Origin: an uncultured virus (IMG/VR IMGVR_UViG_3300025706_000025)
Lineage: Duplodnaviria > Heunggongvirae > Uroviricota > Caudoviricetes
Direction: 5' to 3' (one strand)
Length of the DNA: 64,000 nucleotides
Virus record (IMG/VR): IMGVR_UViG_3300025706_000025
Shown: positions 26,964-36,363 of the stretch, piece after piece
How positions within the stretch are numbered: the first letter of the stretch is position 1
How the letters are laid out: each line of letters begins with the position of its first letter
Position numbers and translations under genes: made by a program
Notes under the pieces: model-generated
What the model was told of the DNA's origin: nothing
The model's input: the letters and a program-made list of their open reading frames with translations, nothing else
Databases searched by the model: none

Positions 26964-29495
26964 TTACTTAGCTCCGGCGTCTTGCAATTGCTTTTTGCGT
27001 AAAGCCGACATGTCGTTGCTTCCGAGTGGCCCCATTCCGCCCTTGATCGCATTGGCCCGCACTGTGCGTCCGCCGTTGAAGTCGTACATCGTGTCGCTGA
27101 TGCGTGGGTCAAAGATTTTGGCGTCGAGGTAGTCTGCGACCCCGATTTTACCATTCTTGCCCCTCCACTGCGGCAGGCCGATCAAAGAGTCCCGGTCGGT
27201 TGCGACGTCGCTAAAAGCCATCTTGCGTTCTTTTTGCAGTTCCGGGAATTCCGCAGAAGTGCCGGAAATAGACGCTCCGTTCACCGCCTTTGCGTACTCG
27301 TATGCGGACTTGAACGCGGGCAGAAGTTTGCGTCGCTGCCCCGGCGACATCTTCTCGAAGTCAGCAGTGGTCGGCAGCAGTGTGCCGTCCGGTAGTTGCT
27401 TACCGCCGAATGCGTTCATGCGGATGGCGTCGCGGAAACCGACGAGATCGTCGCCCTTGTATCCCGAGTCTTCAACCATTTTGTCGGCGTCAGCGAGGCT
27501 AGTCTCAGCCAGTTTTGCACGTGCGGTAGCTTCGGCGACGGTCTGGGTACGATCGAATTGCGAAGCTTGTTGCGCGAGGGTAGCGCGCTGGATGCCACGG
27601 CCTTCTTTGGCATCCGCCGTCTTCGCTTCGGTGTCCGTTGCGTGGTTACGGTTCTGTTGTTGCAGAATCTGCTGCTGCGCCTGCGCGAGGCCCATGGCAC
27701 GGTCCCGCGGGTCATTGCTCTCCATCAGGCTGTCAGTACGGAGCTTGTCAAAGGTCTGCACTTGCCGCGCCAAGTCCTTGGTCATGCGGTCCGCTTCCTT
27801 GGCACGCCCTGCTTCATTCTGCGCGTCCGTGTTGTCGAGGCCGGCCATCACATGCAACTGACCGTTCTTGTCTCGGCCCGACGTCACTGCGCCATTGACG
27901 GTCCCGGTTGTGTTGAGGCCGGAAAGACCCCGGCGTGCCACTTCTGCGTCCAGCTTCGGTGTCTTGGAAGCTTCCGGAGCCACGTAGTTTTCTGGAGTGC
28001 TCATCTGCGGGCGTTCAATACCGGGAACTGAGCGCGACGGATCGACACTCATTTGCGGTGCCGTCGGTAGGCTCAAGTGCTGAGCCTGTGCCTGCGCCGT
28101 CGGAGCGGCACCCGGGCGAAGATTGTCTGGCAACATGTAATCGCCTTTCATCCCCGGCATGTTGTTGCTTAGCCACCGGGCGCCAGCGTCCAGCCCGGTG
28201 GCCAGATTATGCTTGCCACCGGTGGCATAGTTCACCGCCTCGTCACCGAGGTTCACGGCTGTGCCGGTCCACGGGCCGACTGCCATTGCGCCGCCCTTGA
28301 TCGCCGCGGCTACTTGTTCTGCCGGAGCTTCGGCGTTCACCATGTCGATGCCGTTGCTGACCACGCCGGCAACTTGCGCCGCGCGGCCGAGGTTCTTCAT
28401 CAGTCCCGCCGGTTTGGCCGCAGGGGCAGGGGCGGGACGATTGGCAGCGGCTTGTTCCGCCATTGCCGTGGTTTGGTTCGGGAGTAGCTGCGCGCCGGGT
28501 GCGGCATTATTCACTTGCTGACGCAGGATTTCATTCGGCACAGCCTTCTGGAATTTGTTTGGCTGTTGCAGATTGCCGTAGTCGTCCACGAACCCGCCGA
28601 GGTTGTAGTTCCCGCCGTCACGCAGGCCGCGAGTCGGCGGGCGGCCGTCGTTGGACTGCTGAATGACGTCCTCGATCATGTCGAGCGCCTGCGGATTCTG
28701 GGCAGTCTTGACCGGCAGAACCACGGCTTTCTCACCGTCGGACACATTGATCTGGTTGCCGGCTACCTTCACCGGGATGTCATCGCTGGTGCCAGTACCC
28801 TTGCCCTCGAACTCGAATGTCTTCGCGCCGACCACGCCGCCGGCGGCGAGGTTGCCGAGCATGCGCTGACGCTCGCGGATGCCGTTGATCGCCCCGCCAA
28901 GACTCGGCGAAGCTGCTGAGGGAGTAGGTGCGGGGGCCGGCTGCACTACGTTTGGTGCGAGTGCCGGCGCAGGTGCGGCCGCGGTCGACATGCCGAGATT
29001 CCCCAGCGCGGCATTCTTCTTTGCGCGTTGGGCGTCCGTCAGGCCGTCATTTCCGATGACCCCGCCGTCGGCGAATCCTCCGAGGCGGCTACGCAGCCCG
29101 TTCATGCGTGCCTGACGCGCGTCGATGTCTTGCTGAAAAGTCGTCTCCATCGGAGAGGCAGGATCGGAGACCGCCGGCGAAGTAGACGGGCCGAAGCGCT
29201 TGGCAAGAGAGTCGCCTACGGTATTCCCAATGCGTTGCGCGAGCGCCGCCGTTGGGTCTTGTTTAGCGACCGGGTCCAAAAAAGCCTGACCGGGGTGTGA
29301 GCGCTGTCGTTGTTCTTCCTCAGCGGCCCACTTGACTGTATTGGCGTTGTTCAACACATCGGGGTTGTTGGTGAACTGAGCGGCGGTAGTTGCGCTCATG
29401 CCCTTGTAAGGGTCTTCCTCTCCCACGACTCCGCCGGCGGCCATACACAACCCGCGTTTTGCCTTGCTCTTGAATGCTTTTTGAATGTTGTTCAT
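26964..29495 (-). CDS. internal virion/ejection protein (843 aa)
   Basis: repeated A(A/D)GG motifs and GKGTGTSDDIP..VSDGE motif; low complexity. Confidence 0.65.
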   Translation of the reverse strand: MNNIQKAFKSKAKRGLCMAAGGVVGEEDPYKGMSATTAAQFTNNPDVLNNANTVKWAAEEEQRQRSHPGQAFLDPVAKQDPTAALAQRIGNTVGDSLAKRFGPSTSPAVSDPASPMETTFQQDIDARQARMNGLRSRLGGFADGGVIGNDGLTDAQRAKKNAALGNLGMSTAAAPAPALAPNVVQPAPAPTPSAASPSLGGAINGIRERQRMLGNLAAGGVVGAKTFEFEGKGTGTSDDIPVKVAGNQINVSDGEKAVVLPVKTAQNPQALDMIEDVIQQSNDGRPPTRGLRDGGNYNLGGFVDDYGNLQQPNKFQKAVPNEILRQQVNNAAPGAQLLPNQTTAMAEQAAANRPAPAPAAKPAGLMKNLGRAAQVAGVVSNGIDMVNAEAPAEQVAAAIKGGAMAVGPWTGTAVNLGDEAVNYATGGKHNLATGLDAGARWLSNNMPGMKGDYMLPDNLRPGAAPTAQAQAQHLSLPTAPQMSVDPSRSVPGIERPQMSTPENYVAPEASKTPKLDAEVARRGLSGLNTTGTVNGAVTSGRDKNGQLHVMAGLDNTDAQNEAGRAKEADRMTKDLARQVQTFDKLRTDSLMESNDPRDRAMGLAQAQQQILQQQNRNHATDTEAKTADAKEGRGIQRATLAQQASQFDRTQTVAEATARAKLAETSLADADKMVEDSGYKGDDLVGFRDAIRMNAFGGKQLPDGTLLPTTADFEKMSPGQRRKLLPAFKSAYEYAKAVNGASISGTSAEFPELQKERKMAFSDVATDRDSLIGLPQWRGKNGKIGVADYLDAKIFDPRISDTMYDFNGGRTVRANAIKGGMGPLGSNDMSALRKKQLQDAGAK

Positions 29496-29518
29496 AGTGG
29501 TTCCTATGTGCGTGGCGG

Positions 29519-29529
29519 AGTATAGCAGA
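29519..29529 (-). promoter_or_regulatory. putative extended -10 promoter
   Basis: TCTGCTATACT, intergenic. Confidence 0.45.
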
Positions 29530-29531
29530 AC

Positions 29532-31376
29532 CTAAACGTCTTGGTTTTGCGTTGTAATCGTTGACCCACCAGCCTGCATCGTGACGCCGACGTGGAGGTT
29601 GTTGAAAAGAGCCACGGCCTGTTGCGTTATGGTGGTGAGTTCCCCGAGCAGTGCTTTCAGATTGAACTCCGTGAAAGCTGTTTCCGTTGCTTGGTTTTTG
29701 GAACTGGCTTCAAGCCCGAGCGAGACGTTGCTCTTGCTGACATCCGTTGCGAGTGTCGCATTAAGCTTGCTTGCTTCGAAACCGAGGCTGGCGTTGGCCT
29801 TGCTTGCATCGAAGGCGAGCGACGTATTTACTTTTCCAACATCGACAAGAAGGCCGGCATTCGTTTTGCTGGCATCCAGCATGAACGCAGCAAAGGCTTT
29901 ATCGGCATCGAAAGCAAGTGAGGTATTTGCCTTTCCAGCGTCGATCGCCGCGCCCGTGTTTGTCTTGCTCGCATCCAAGGCCAGTGACGCCGTGACTTTG
30001 CTTGCATCCAAGGCCAGCGAGGATGTCGTCTTGCTGGCTTCCAAAGCAAGGGTCGACGTTGTTTTGCTTGCGTCAAGCGAAAGCGACGAGGTGGTTTTGC
30101 TCGCCTCAAGCGAAAGTGACGACGTTGTTTTGCTGGCTTCCAAAGCAAGGGACGAGGTGGTTTTGCTTGCATCTAGGGCGAGTGACGACGTGGTTTTGCT
30201 CGCGTCCAAGGCAAGTGAGGATGTGGTTTTGCTTGCGTCCAAAGCGGAGCTTACGTTGAATTCTCCGACCTTCGCCATGACATCTTTCGCATTCGCATCG
30301 GCGCTATAGAAAGACGCAGCCGATGAAATCAGTTTGGTTTGGATGTCGTAACCAATTCCGAGTAACTTCGATGCCATGTCAGGCGCAGAAGCCAGCGATT
30401 TTATGTAGTCATTTGCAGCCTTCAAAACCATGTCGCGTGCCGCCATGGCTTGCTGAATCACAAAGCGATACTGCTCAACCGACATTATTGCTATCTTTCG
30501 GCTGGACTCGGCCAAAGCATCTTGCGCTTTTTGTTCGATCTGCATTACAGCAGAAATAGATGCCGCAGCTGGCATCGGGAAACGCCTCGAAGCAAACTGC
30601 GCAACTACTGCATCTTGCGCCCGGAGTTTGTCTGACAGGATACGAGCAGCGTCGTCGCCCCAAATCTGCGCCTGTGTCGATGCCGGAAGGTAGGAGTCGG
30701 TTTGCAAAGCCGCCAGCAAAGAGCTTTCTGCTGCCGTGTAAAGCGCCTGATTATTGGGCGCGTAGGTTGCAATCCACGTCGTATATTGCGCCACAAGCCA
30801 CGCTGCGATTTCCAGATACTGCGTCTTCCACTCGTCCCATAAATCAGCCATTTCTATGTTGGCCGGTATATTAACGGGCGGCGCGACGATGACTGGGACC
30901 GTAACAGACCCAGACGTTACAGAGGCAGAAGTCACTTCAGAAGAGGCAACCGGGGATGCAAAAACAGCATCTGCTGTAACGCTACTTGATGTAACCGTAC
31001 CTGCCGTAACCGTTCCCGCTGTAACAGAATCTGCTGCCGCTGTCGGATAGGTAATTGTGCCGGCAGACAGGGCATCAACGGTGATCTCAGCCGGGGTCGT
31101 TACCATTCCGGAAGCAACCGCATCTGCTGCCGCTGTTTGGGCAGATACAGTTCCTGCGGTTATAGTCGGCGCTTGGCTCGGGTCAAACATAGCAGACCCA
31201 GTGATTGCGTCAACACTGGCGCTGGCGGCGTCAGACTTTTCAAGCGCCAAACACCATGTGGCGTTGATGACATCTTCCAATACCCCCATCGTGGCGTTTG
31301 GAACTTGGTATAGATTTACGCCGTTGTCGGGCGTCCCGATTAGCTGGGCTTCAAGGTTAATAATTTCGCAGGGCAT
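29532..31376 (-). CDS. virion protein with about 17 hendecad (11-aa) repeats
   Basis: ALDASKTTSSL-type repeats; GGAGG RBS before ATG at 31376. Confidence 0.75.
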   Translation of the reverse strand: MPCEIINLEAQLIGTPDNGVNLYQVPNATMGVLEDVINATWCLALEKSDAASASVDAITGSAMFDPSQAPTITAGTVSAQTAAADAVASGMVTTPAEITVDALSAGTITYPTAAADSVTAGTVTAGTVTSSSVTADAVFASPVASSEVTSASVTSGSVTVPVIVAPPVNIPANIEMADLWDEWKTQYLEIAAWLVAQYTTWIATYAPNNQALYTAAESSLLAALQTDSYLPASTQAQIWGDDAARILSDKLRAQDAVVAQFASRRFPMPAAASISAVMQIEQKAQDALAESSRKIAIMSVEQYRFVIQQAMAARDMVLKAANDYIKSLASAPDMASKLLGIGYDIQTKLISSAASFYSADANAKDVMAKVGEFNVSSALDASKTTSSLALDASKTTSSLALDASKTTSSLALEASKTTSSLSLEASKTTSSLSLDASKTTSTLALEASKTTSSLALDASKVTASLALDASKTNTGAAIDAGKANTSLAFDADKAFAAFMLDASKTNAGLLVDVGKVNTSLAFDASKANASLGFEASKLNATLATDVSKSNVSLGLEASSKNQATETAFTEFNLKALLGELTTITQQAVALFNNLHVGVTMQAGGSTITTQNQDV

Positions 31377-31378
31377 AC

Positions 31379-32956
31379 TTAAATCCTCCGACCGGACACA
31401 ACCGGCACAAAGCTGACGGACGCCAGCGTGAAATCGGAACCTTCGGTATTGTACAACGAAAGGTCGTACCAATTGGCGCGCAAGCCCTTGCCCGTATCAA
31501 TCCGCTGAATCTGAAGGCTCGTGCTGATTGACCGGGTTTCATACCGATAATCTTCATCATCAGGGGTTGAAACACGTAGCTCAATCGGCGTCTCGGACGC
31601 ACACCCGACATAACACGCAGGAAGGTGCTTCAGGTTTTCTCCGCCGAAGTCAGTTTTACCGAGCGAGACATGCGCATCCACCGCGCCGACAGAAGCAAGA
31701 TCGTAAAACCCTGCTGGTCCAGTGGCGTAGTTTCCTGAAACCGAAGTAAAGTCGTACCCGGTATATTGGGACGCCGCAGTATTTTCCAGATTCATGCACC
31801 ACCCACAAGATACGGCACGGTAGTACCCGTTGGAAGAAAACACTCCCGTCACACCGGAAGCCGGCGCAGTCAAGTCGATGTTGTCGATCATCGGAACAGT
31901 AACCTGCCCTGACGTGTCGGCAAGGACAAACCCGTTCTCGCTGAACCACCCAACTATCGGTTTGTACGGCACGCTGAACGTCGTTCCCGCCACACCGCCG
32001 TAAGGGAGCACATCAACCACGTTCTGCGCGTCAAGAATATCTGTACCGGCGAACCAGTAGGTTTTGTCAGCAGTGACGTAAACCCCGTTCTGTCCTGAAA
32101 TTGCGTTGGTCACATCGGACGGAAACGCCAACATCAGGTCGGTAGGCACATAGTACCCCGGTCGCGCCGGAAGGCCGACGTAGATGGTGCTGTCTTTGTA
32201 GGTGCATAGGCGGCTGTTGTGCAAGAACGGAACGCCAGCAGGGATAGGTTCTTCGTACCGCTGATTCGCCTCGCGCCCTGTTGTCTCCGACGTTACATCG
32301 CAAGTCGCAGTACCCGTAGTTACCGTCGCCGCAAGCATCGGGATTGAGCCATTCACCGTCGAAACATAGACGTTGATGTGCGTAGCACCAGAAGTTGCAG
32401 AAGGCAAGGTAATGCGCAATCCACCTACGGCGGTAAGTTCGTAGTTGCTGGACGGGCTGACGCCGCCCTCTTCGCCAGTGGCGCTGTTGCGGTACGATAC
32501 CGCCACCTGATACCATCCCTTGTACAGCGTGCCAGCAATAGTCGCCACGGACGGGCTGCTCGGCATGGGCAGTGCCCACGGATACCACACACCGGCTTCT
32601 ATGCGCCCCGAGTCCGTACCGTTCGAGTAGTAGAGCGAACCGGCGTACTCGGCATAGTTCACCTTGTCGTCATTGCTCAACACCTTGAATAGCGTCTGCG
32701 TATATGTTGGCAGCGCCACGGCGTACATTATTCCGCCGGCCACCATGTAGCGGGCGCCGCCCAAAGTCGTGTAAAGCGAGTGCGGCGCAGAGAGCGCCTG
32801 AAGCAGTGTGGCCGCTTTGCGTCGGCGAACTCGACCCGCGTTGTCGATGTCGACATTCTCCGCCGCACGTAGCCAGTACCCGTCTTTCGTTGCCAGCGCG
32901 AAATCAGGCAAGCGATTATTGATCCCGAGGAACCCGCCTATCGGTTGTGTTTTCAT
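31379..32956 (-). CDS. putative tail nozzle/stabilisation protein
   Basis: GF.GINN...LR.AENVDI...G.V.RR N-terminus; beta-rich; position. Confidence 0.55.
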   Translation of the reverse strand: MKTQPIGGFLGINNRLPDFALATKDGYWLRAAENVDIDNAGRVRRRKAATLLQALSAPHSLYTTLGGARYMVAGGIMYAVALPTYTQTLFKVLSNDDKVNYAEYAGSLYYSNGTDSGRIEAGVWYPWALPMPSSPSVATIAGTLYKGWYQVAVSYRNSATGEEGGVSPSSNYELTAVGGLRITLPSATSGATHINVYVSTVNGSIPMLAATVTTGTATCDVTSETTGREANQRYEEPIPAGVPFLHNSRLCTYKDSTIYVGLPARPGYYVPTDLMLAFPSDVTNAISGQNGVYVTADKTYWFAGTDILDAQNVVDVLPYGGVAGTTFSVPYKPIVGWFSENGFVLADTSGQVTVPMIDNIDLTAPASGVTGVFSSNGYYRAVSCGWCMNLENTAASQYTGYDFTSVSGNYATGPAGFYDLASVGAVDAHVSLGKTDFGGENLKHLPACYVGCASETPIELRVSTPDDEDYRYETRSISTSLQIQRIDTGKGLRANWYDLSLYNTEGSDFTLASVSFVPVVSGRRI

Positions 32957-32957
32957 A

Positions 32958-35183
32958 CTATGCCCACCCTACAAAACGAGATGAAAAAGTATCAGGAATA
33001 CCCTTTAACTCCGCCGCTCCATGCCCGTACACAAGCCCCCGCGTACTCGACGTAGTAAAGAATTGTTGCGACACTACCGGTGGAGCGTAAAAGAAAACAG
33101 ATATTTCAGGAGGCGGAGAAAATGGAATTTTGCAAAAAGGTGTAATTAATGACGCATCTATAATGTCGGTAGTTGTTTCGACCCTATCAGTAAAGTACGT
33201 CCGTACTGTTGGAATTCTGAATGAGTTATCCCCTATACGCGGCGCCCAATATTCGCCAACAGGGTGCGCCCCCGGACCGGGGTCATTAAGTTCGCTGTAG
33301 ATAATGTGCTGCGCCCAACTTGATGAACTTGTCGTTTCGTCTCCGTACCATCCAGTAGTTGTTCTGGTGGTTGTTTGTTCCCCGTAGGAATAAACCGCTT
33401 CGGCATCGTAAAAGGGAACAATAAGCAGCGCCATACTGGTTTTTACCTCTGTCCCAGACTCTTCTTTTAGTCCGTTCAGAACAGCCTGGGTAATAAACGA
33501 CACGGTGTAAAATGTATAGGCCCCAGTATACGACTCGTTGTAATCCGTTGTTGCGACATCGGCGTAGGTTCCAACAACCCCGTCAGAAAATATGTACGTT
33601 CCAGGGGTAACTGTAATAGTTGTATTGTATCTCCGACCGTCGTTGGCGTAGTAGGTGCTGTATCCGCCAAATTCACCAAGGGAGGAAATGGTTTTGCTTC
33701 CTAGCTCTTGCCGCTGAAGTTCTAAATACTGATTCTCTCCGATAGAGGCGGCCCCGCCGCCATAGAAACCGGAATTCATCACTTTGTTGTATCTTGCTAC
33801 CGCCTCCCTGTATCCACCTTCAGTAAACACCGTTGTTGTATTGTCTAACAATGAAGCGTTAGTAGGCGCTGCCAATGCGTCAGTTGTCCACGGACAAGCC
33901 AAGCCCCAATAAGAAGGAGAACTTTCGCGTTTGTACTCCGTAAGCGCCTCACCACCAGTTGCGGTAAACCTGAATGTCAGCAAAGTGTCGCGCTCGTAGA
34001 AGCAGTAAATTGGCGCGTCCCCAAAATCCCCGCCCCACAAGGTTCCAAACGTGTATAGAACACTGAGTGACCACAACGGATAGCTTATCACTCGCGTATA
34101 CATGCTGCTATGCCATTGAACCGGACCCTCTATAGTCTCCGAAGTTACCACCCAATTACTTGCTTCTGACGACAAAGACGTATTTTTAGCGTTGTTTCGA
34201 GAGATTCTTAAACGATAATGCGTCGACGTATGGATGTCGCCCTCATTGTGTTGAATTATGTCTGCCGCAGTTCCGGACCAGTTAAATTTCCACCCGTATC
34301 CAAGCATAGACATTTGTGGAATAGAAAGCGGCAATTCAACTATCGTAGAAGAAGGTATGGACTGAGACAAAACATATGCCTCGATGTAGTCTAGCGTTGC
34401 CATATCTCCGCCAGCTTTCAACAACGTGATAAGTGGTTCGACCGCCGAAGTCCTGGCTAATTTAACGGCACGCACCCCAGATTGATGCACTGTCATTAGC
34501 CAATGCGTATAGTTTGGGTCGCGGTAAACTCCGGTGTTTGTAGTTATTTCTGTTCCATCTTTATATACGAGCGACGGTTGTACGCCGTTGCCAAGCGCCC
34601 AATCCCACCGGCCAAGCTTTCTTCCGTACTGGGCCTGAACATACAACCGGGCCTTTCCAGTAAACATGCTTGCAGGGCATCGGGCAATACAAAACTTCTT
34701 CGCGGACAGATCGCCTGTAAACGTGCGTTGGCCGCTGCCATCATATGGCGTCAAAAAGGATATGGCAGGGTCACCAGAAATTGGCGCATCTGGAATGCTG
34801 GTTATGCCCGGTGGTGCGATATAACCCAACAAGCGCGGAACAGCCGCCGCTGCTTGTTGCTCAGTTGAATAGTACAAAACGCCGTTTGGATTTGCTACGT
34901 CGTACGTAGAAACGATGTCTATCGCTCCGGAGTCCATGAAGACCTTCGGATTATGGTCGTAGCTTACGGGAAGTTGTTCAGTGACGTACTCGCACATTCC
35001 ACCCCGCGTTCTGAGCCTGGTTACAGATCCGTCTGAATTCGTGTTGAACCGAGTATTGCAACTGTTTGTATCGAGAACGGACGCGCGCATCTGCCGTTCA
35101 AGAGAGTGTCCCATAGCGCCGCCCTCGGGGTGACTGTCGCTATGCCTTGTAGGGAGAACATCGGATTTTTCGTTATCGTTCAT
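32958..35183 (-). CDS. putative tail/receptor-binding protein (741 aa)
   Basis: Tyr/Thr-rich, AT-richer codon use, in tail module. Confidence 0.5.
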   Translation of the reverse strand: MNDNEKSDVLPTRHSDSHPEGGAMGHSLERQMRASVLDTNSCNTRFNTNSDGSVTRLRTRGGMCEYVTEQLPVSYDHNPKVFMDSGAIDIVSTYDVANPNGVLYYSTEQQAAAAVPRLLGYIAPPGITSIPDAPISGDPAISFLTPYDGSGQRTFTGDLSAKKFCIARCPASMFTGKARLYVQAQYGRKLGRWDWALGNGVQPSLVYKDGTEITTNTGVYRDPNYTHWLMTVHQSGVRAVKLARTSAVEPLITLLKAGGDMATLDYIEAYVLSQSIPSSTIVELPLSIPQMSMLGYGWKFNWSGTAADIIQHNEGDIHTSTHYRLRISRNNAKNTSLSSEASNWVVTSETIEGPVQWHSSMYTRVISYPLWSLSVLYTFGTLWGGDFGDAPIYCFYERDTLLTFRFTATGGEALTEYKRESSPSYWGLACPWTTDALAAPTNASLLDNTTTVFTEGGYREAVARYNKVMNSGFYGGGAASIGENQYLELQRQELGSKTISSLGEFGGYSTYYANDGRRYNTTITVTPGTYIFSDGVVGTYADVATTDYNESYTGAYTFYTVSFITQAVLNGLKEESGTEVKTSMALLIVPFYDAEAVYSYGEQTTTRTTTGWYGDETTSSSSWAQHIIYSELNDPGPGAHPVGEYWAPRIGDNSFRIPTVRTYFTDRVETTTDIIDASLITPFCKIPFSPPPEISVFFYAPPVVSQQFFTTSSTRGLVYGHGAAELKGIPDTFSSRFVGWA

Positions 35184-36337
35184 TCTTGTGCAAAAGCTCT
35201 TTTTTGTTTGGTTACAACAAAAACGGTTTGTGGGTACAGAAGTTCGCCGAACGTCCCGCGCAGGCCAGAAACAACCGGAACAGTTACGTCGATGCTCCCC
35301 TGTAGATATTGATACGCGCCGCCGAACATTGAGGCTCCGACGGGCACGGTTGCATTGATGTCGCCCTGTACTGGTTGGTAGGTGCTACAAAGGAGCGAAG
35401 CCGCAATCGTGGGGTTTATGTCCGCAAGCAGGGCGTTTCCACGCGATGCTGAAAACGAACAGATCGGTGTGATGGACGGTGAGAGCGCGCTATCCGTTCC
35501 AACGGCTGCCGACGCTGAAAAAACAGAGCGGATCGTCGCCGACAAAGCACTGGCAGTTCCGACTACCCCGGCCACGGAAGCAATCGTCGGGACGACTGCG
35601 TTGAGCTTTATGGACGGTACTGCCGATAGGCTGATTGCAGCAACAGGTCGAACTGATGCATCTATAACACCAGTAGTTCCATAAACACCGGCTATAGAAA
35701 CAAACGACGGAACAACCGCATTCAGCTTTGCAAACGGCACAGCAAAAAGGTTCATCGCAGCGACGGGCCGAATTGCCGCAGATATAGCCCCGGTAGTCCC
35801 GGAAATACCCGTCATAGCAGTAACCGCAGGAACGACCACGCTCAACCGTATAGACGGAACGGCCAACGCGCTCATTGAAGCGACGGGGCGAATTGATGCA
35901 GCTATAACACCGGAAGGCGCAGTATTTCCAACAATTGTCGGGCGTACCCTAATAGTTGCCGAAAGCGTAATAGGGTTAGAAACACCCCCATAAATAGCCG
36001 CGACAGGTCGCACCGTTGCCGCAAGTGTTCCGCTGACGGTCGTGTTTCCAAAGATCGACGCAGATACCACGGGGGCCATAAGGCCGACCGCGTAGACAGG
36101 GATGGTCGAAGTAAAACTTGCTTGTATCCCACACTCTATATTTATGGTTGCGGTGCGCGGCGTACTGTCTGCGCCGAACATTGCTACCGGAGATAGTGTT
36201 GCACCAAACGTTGCCGACGTACCAACTACTAATGAGGCAGAAAACTCCGGGGTAATAGTTGCCGCAATAAACCCGACATCATCTACGGAGCCAGTTGCGC
36301 CGTAGCTTAATTCCCCGTAGGTTGCTAGTCCGTACAT
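35180..36337 (-). CDS. repetitive beta-strand virion protein
   Basis: about 21-aa repeats such as SAAIRPVAAM. Confidence 0.6.
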   Translation of the reverse strand: MYGLATYGELSYGATGSVDDVGFIAATITPEFSASLVVGTSATFGATLSPVAMFGADSTPRTATINIECGIQASFTSTIPVYAVGLMAPVVSASIFGNTTVSGTLAATVRPVAAIYGGVSNPITLSATIRVRPTIVGNTAPSGVIAASIRPVASMSALAVPSIRLSVVVPAVTAMTGISGTTGAISAAIRPVAAMNLFAVPFAKLNAVVPSFVSIAGVYGTTGVIDASVRPVAAISLSAVPSIKLNAVVPTIASVAGVVGTASALSATIRSVFSASAAVGTDSALSPSITPICSFSASRGNALLADINPTIAASLLCSTYQPVQGDINATVPVGASMFGGAYQYLQGSIDVTVPVVSGLRGTFGELLYPQTVFVVTKQKRAFAQE

Positions 36338-36363
36338 TTAGTTGGTTGCTATGAGGTTAGGCA

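Noticed and set aside
29690..30250. CRISPR array or DNA-level tandem repeat
   Set aside because: The 33-bp periodicity is a coding repeat with synonymous variation and no unique spacers
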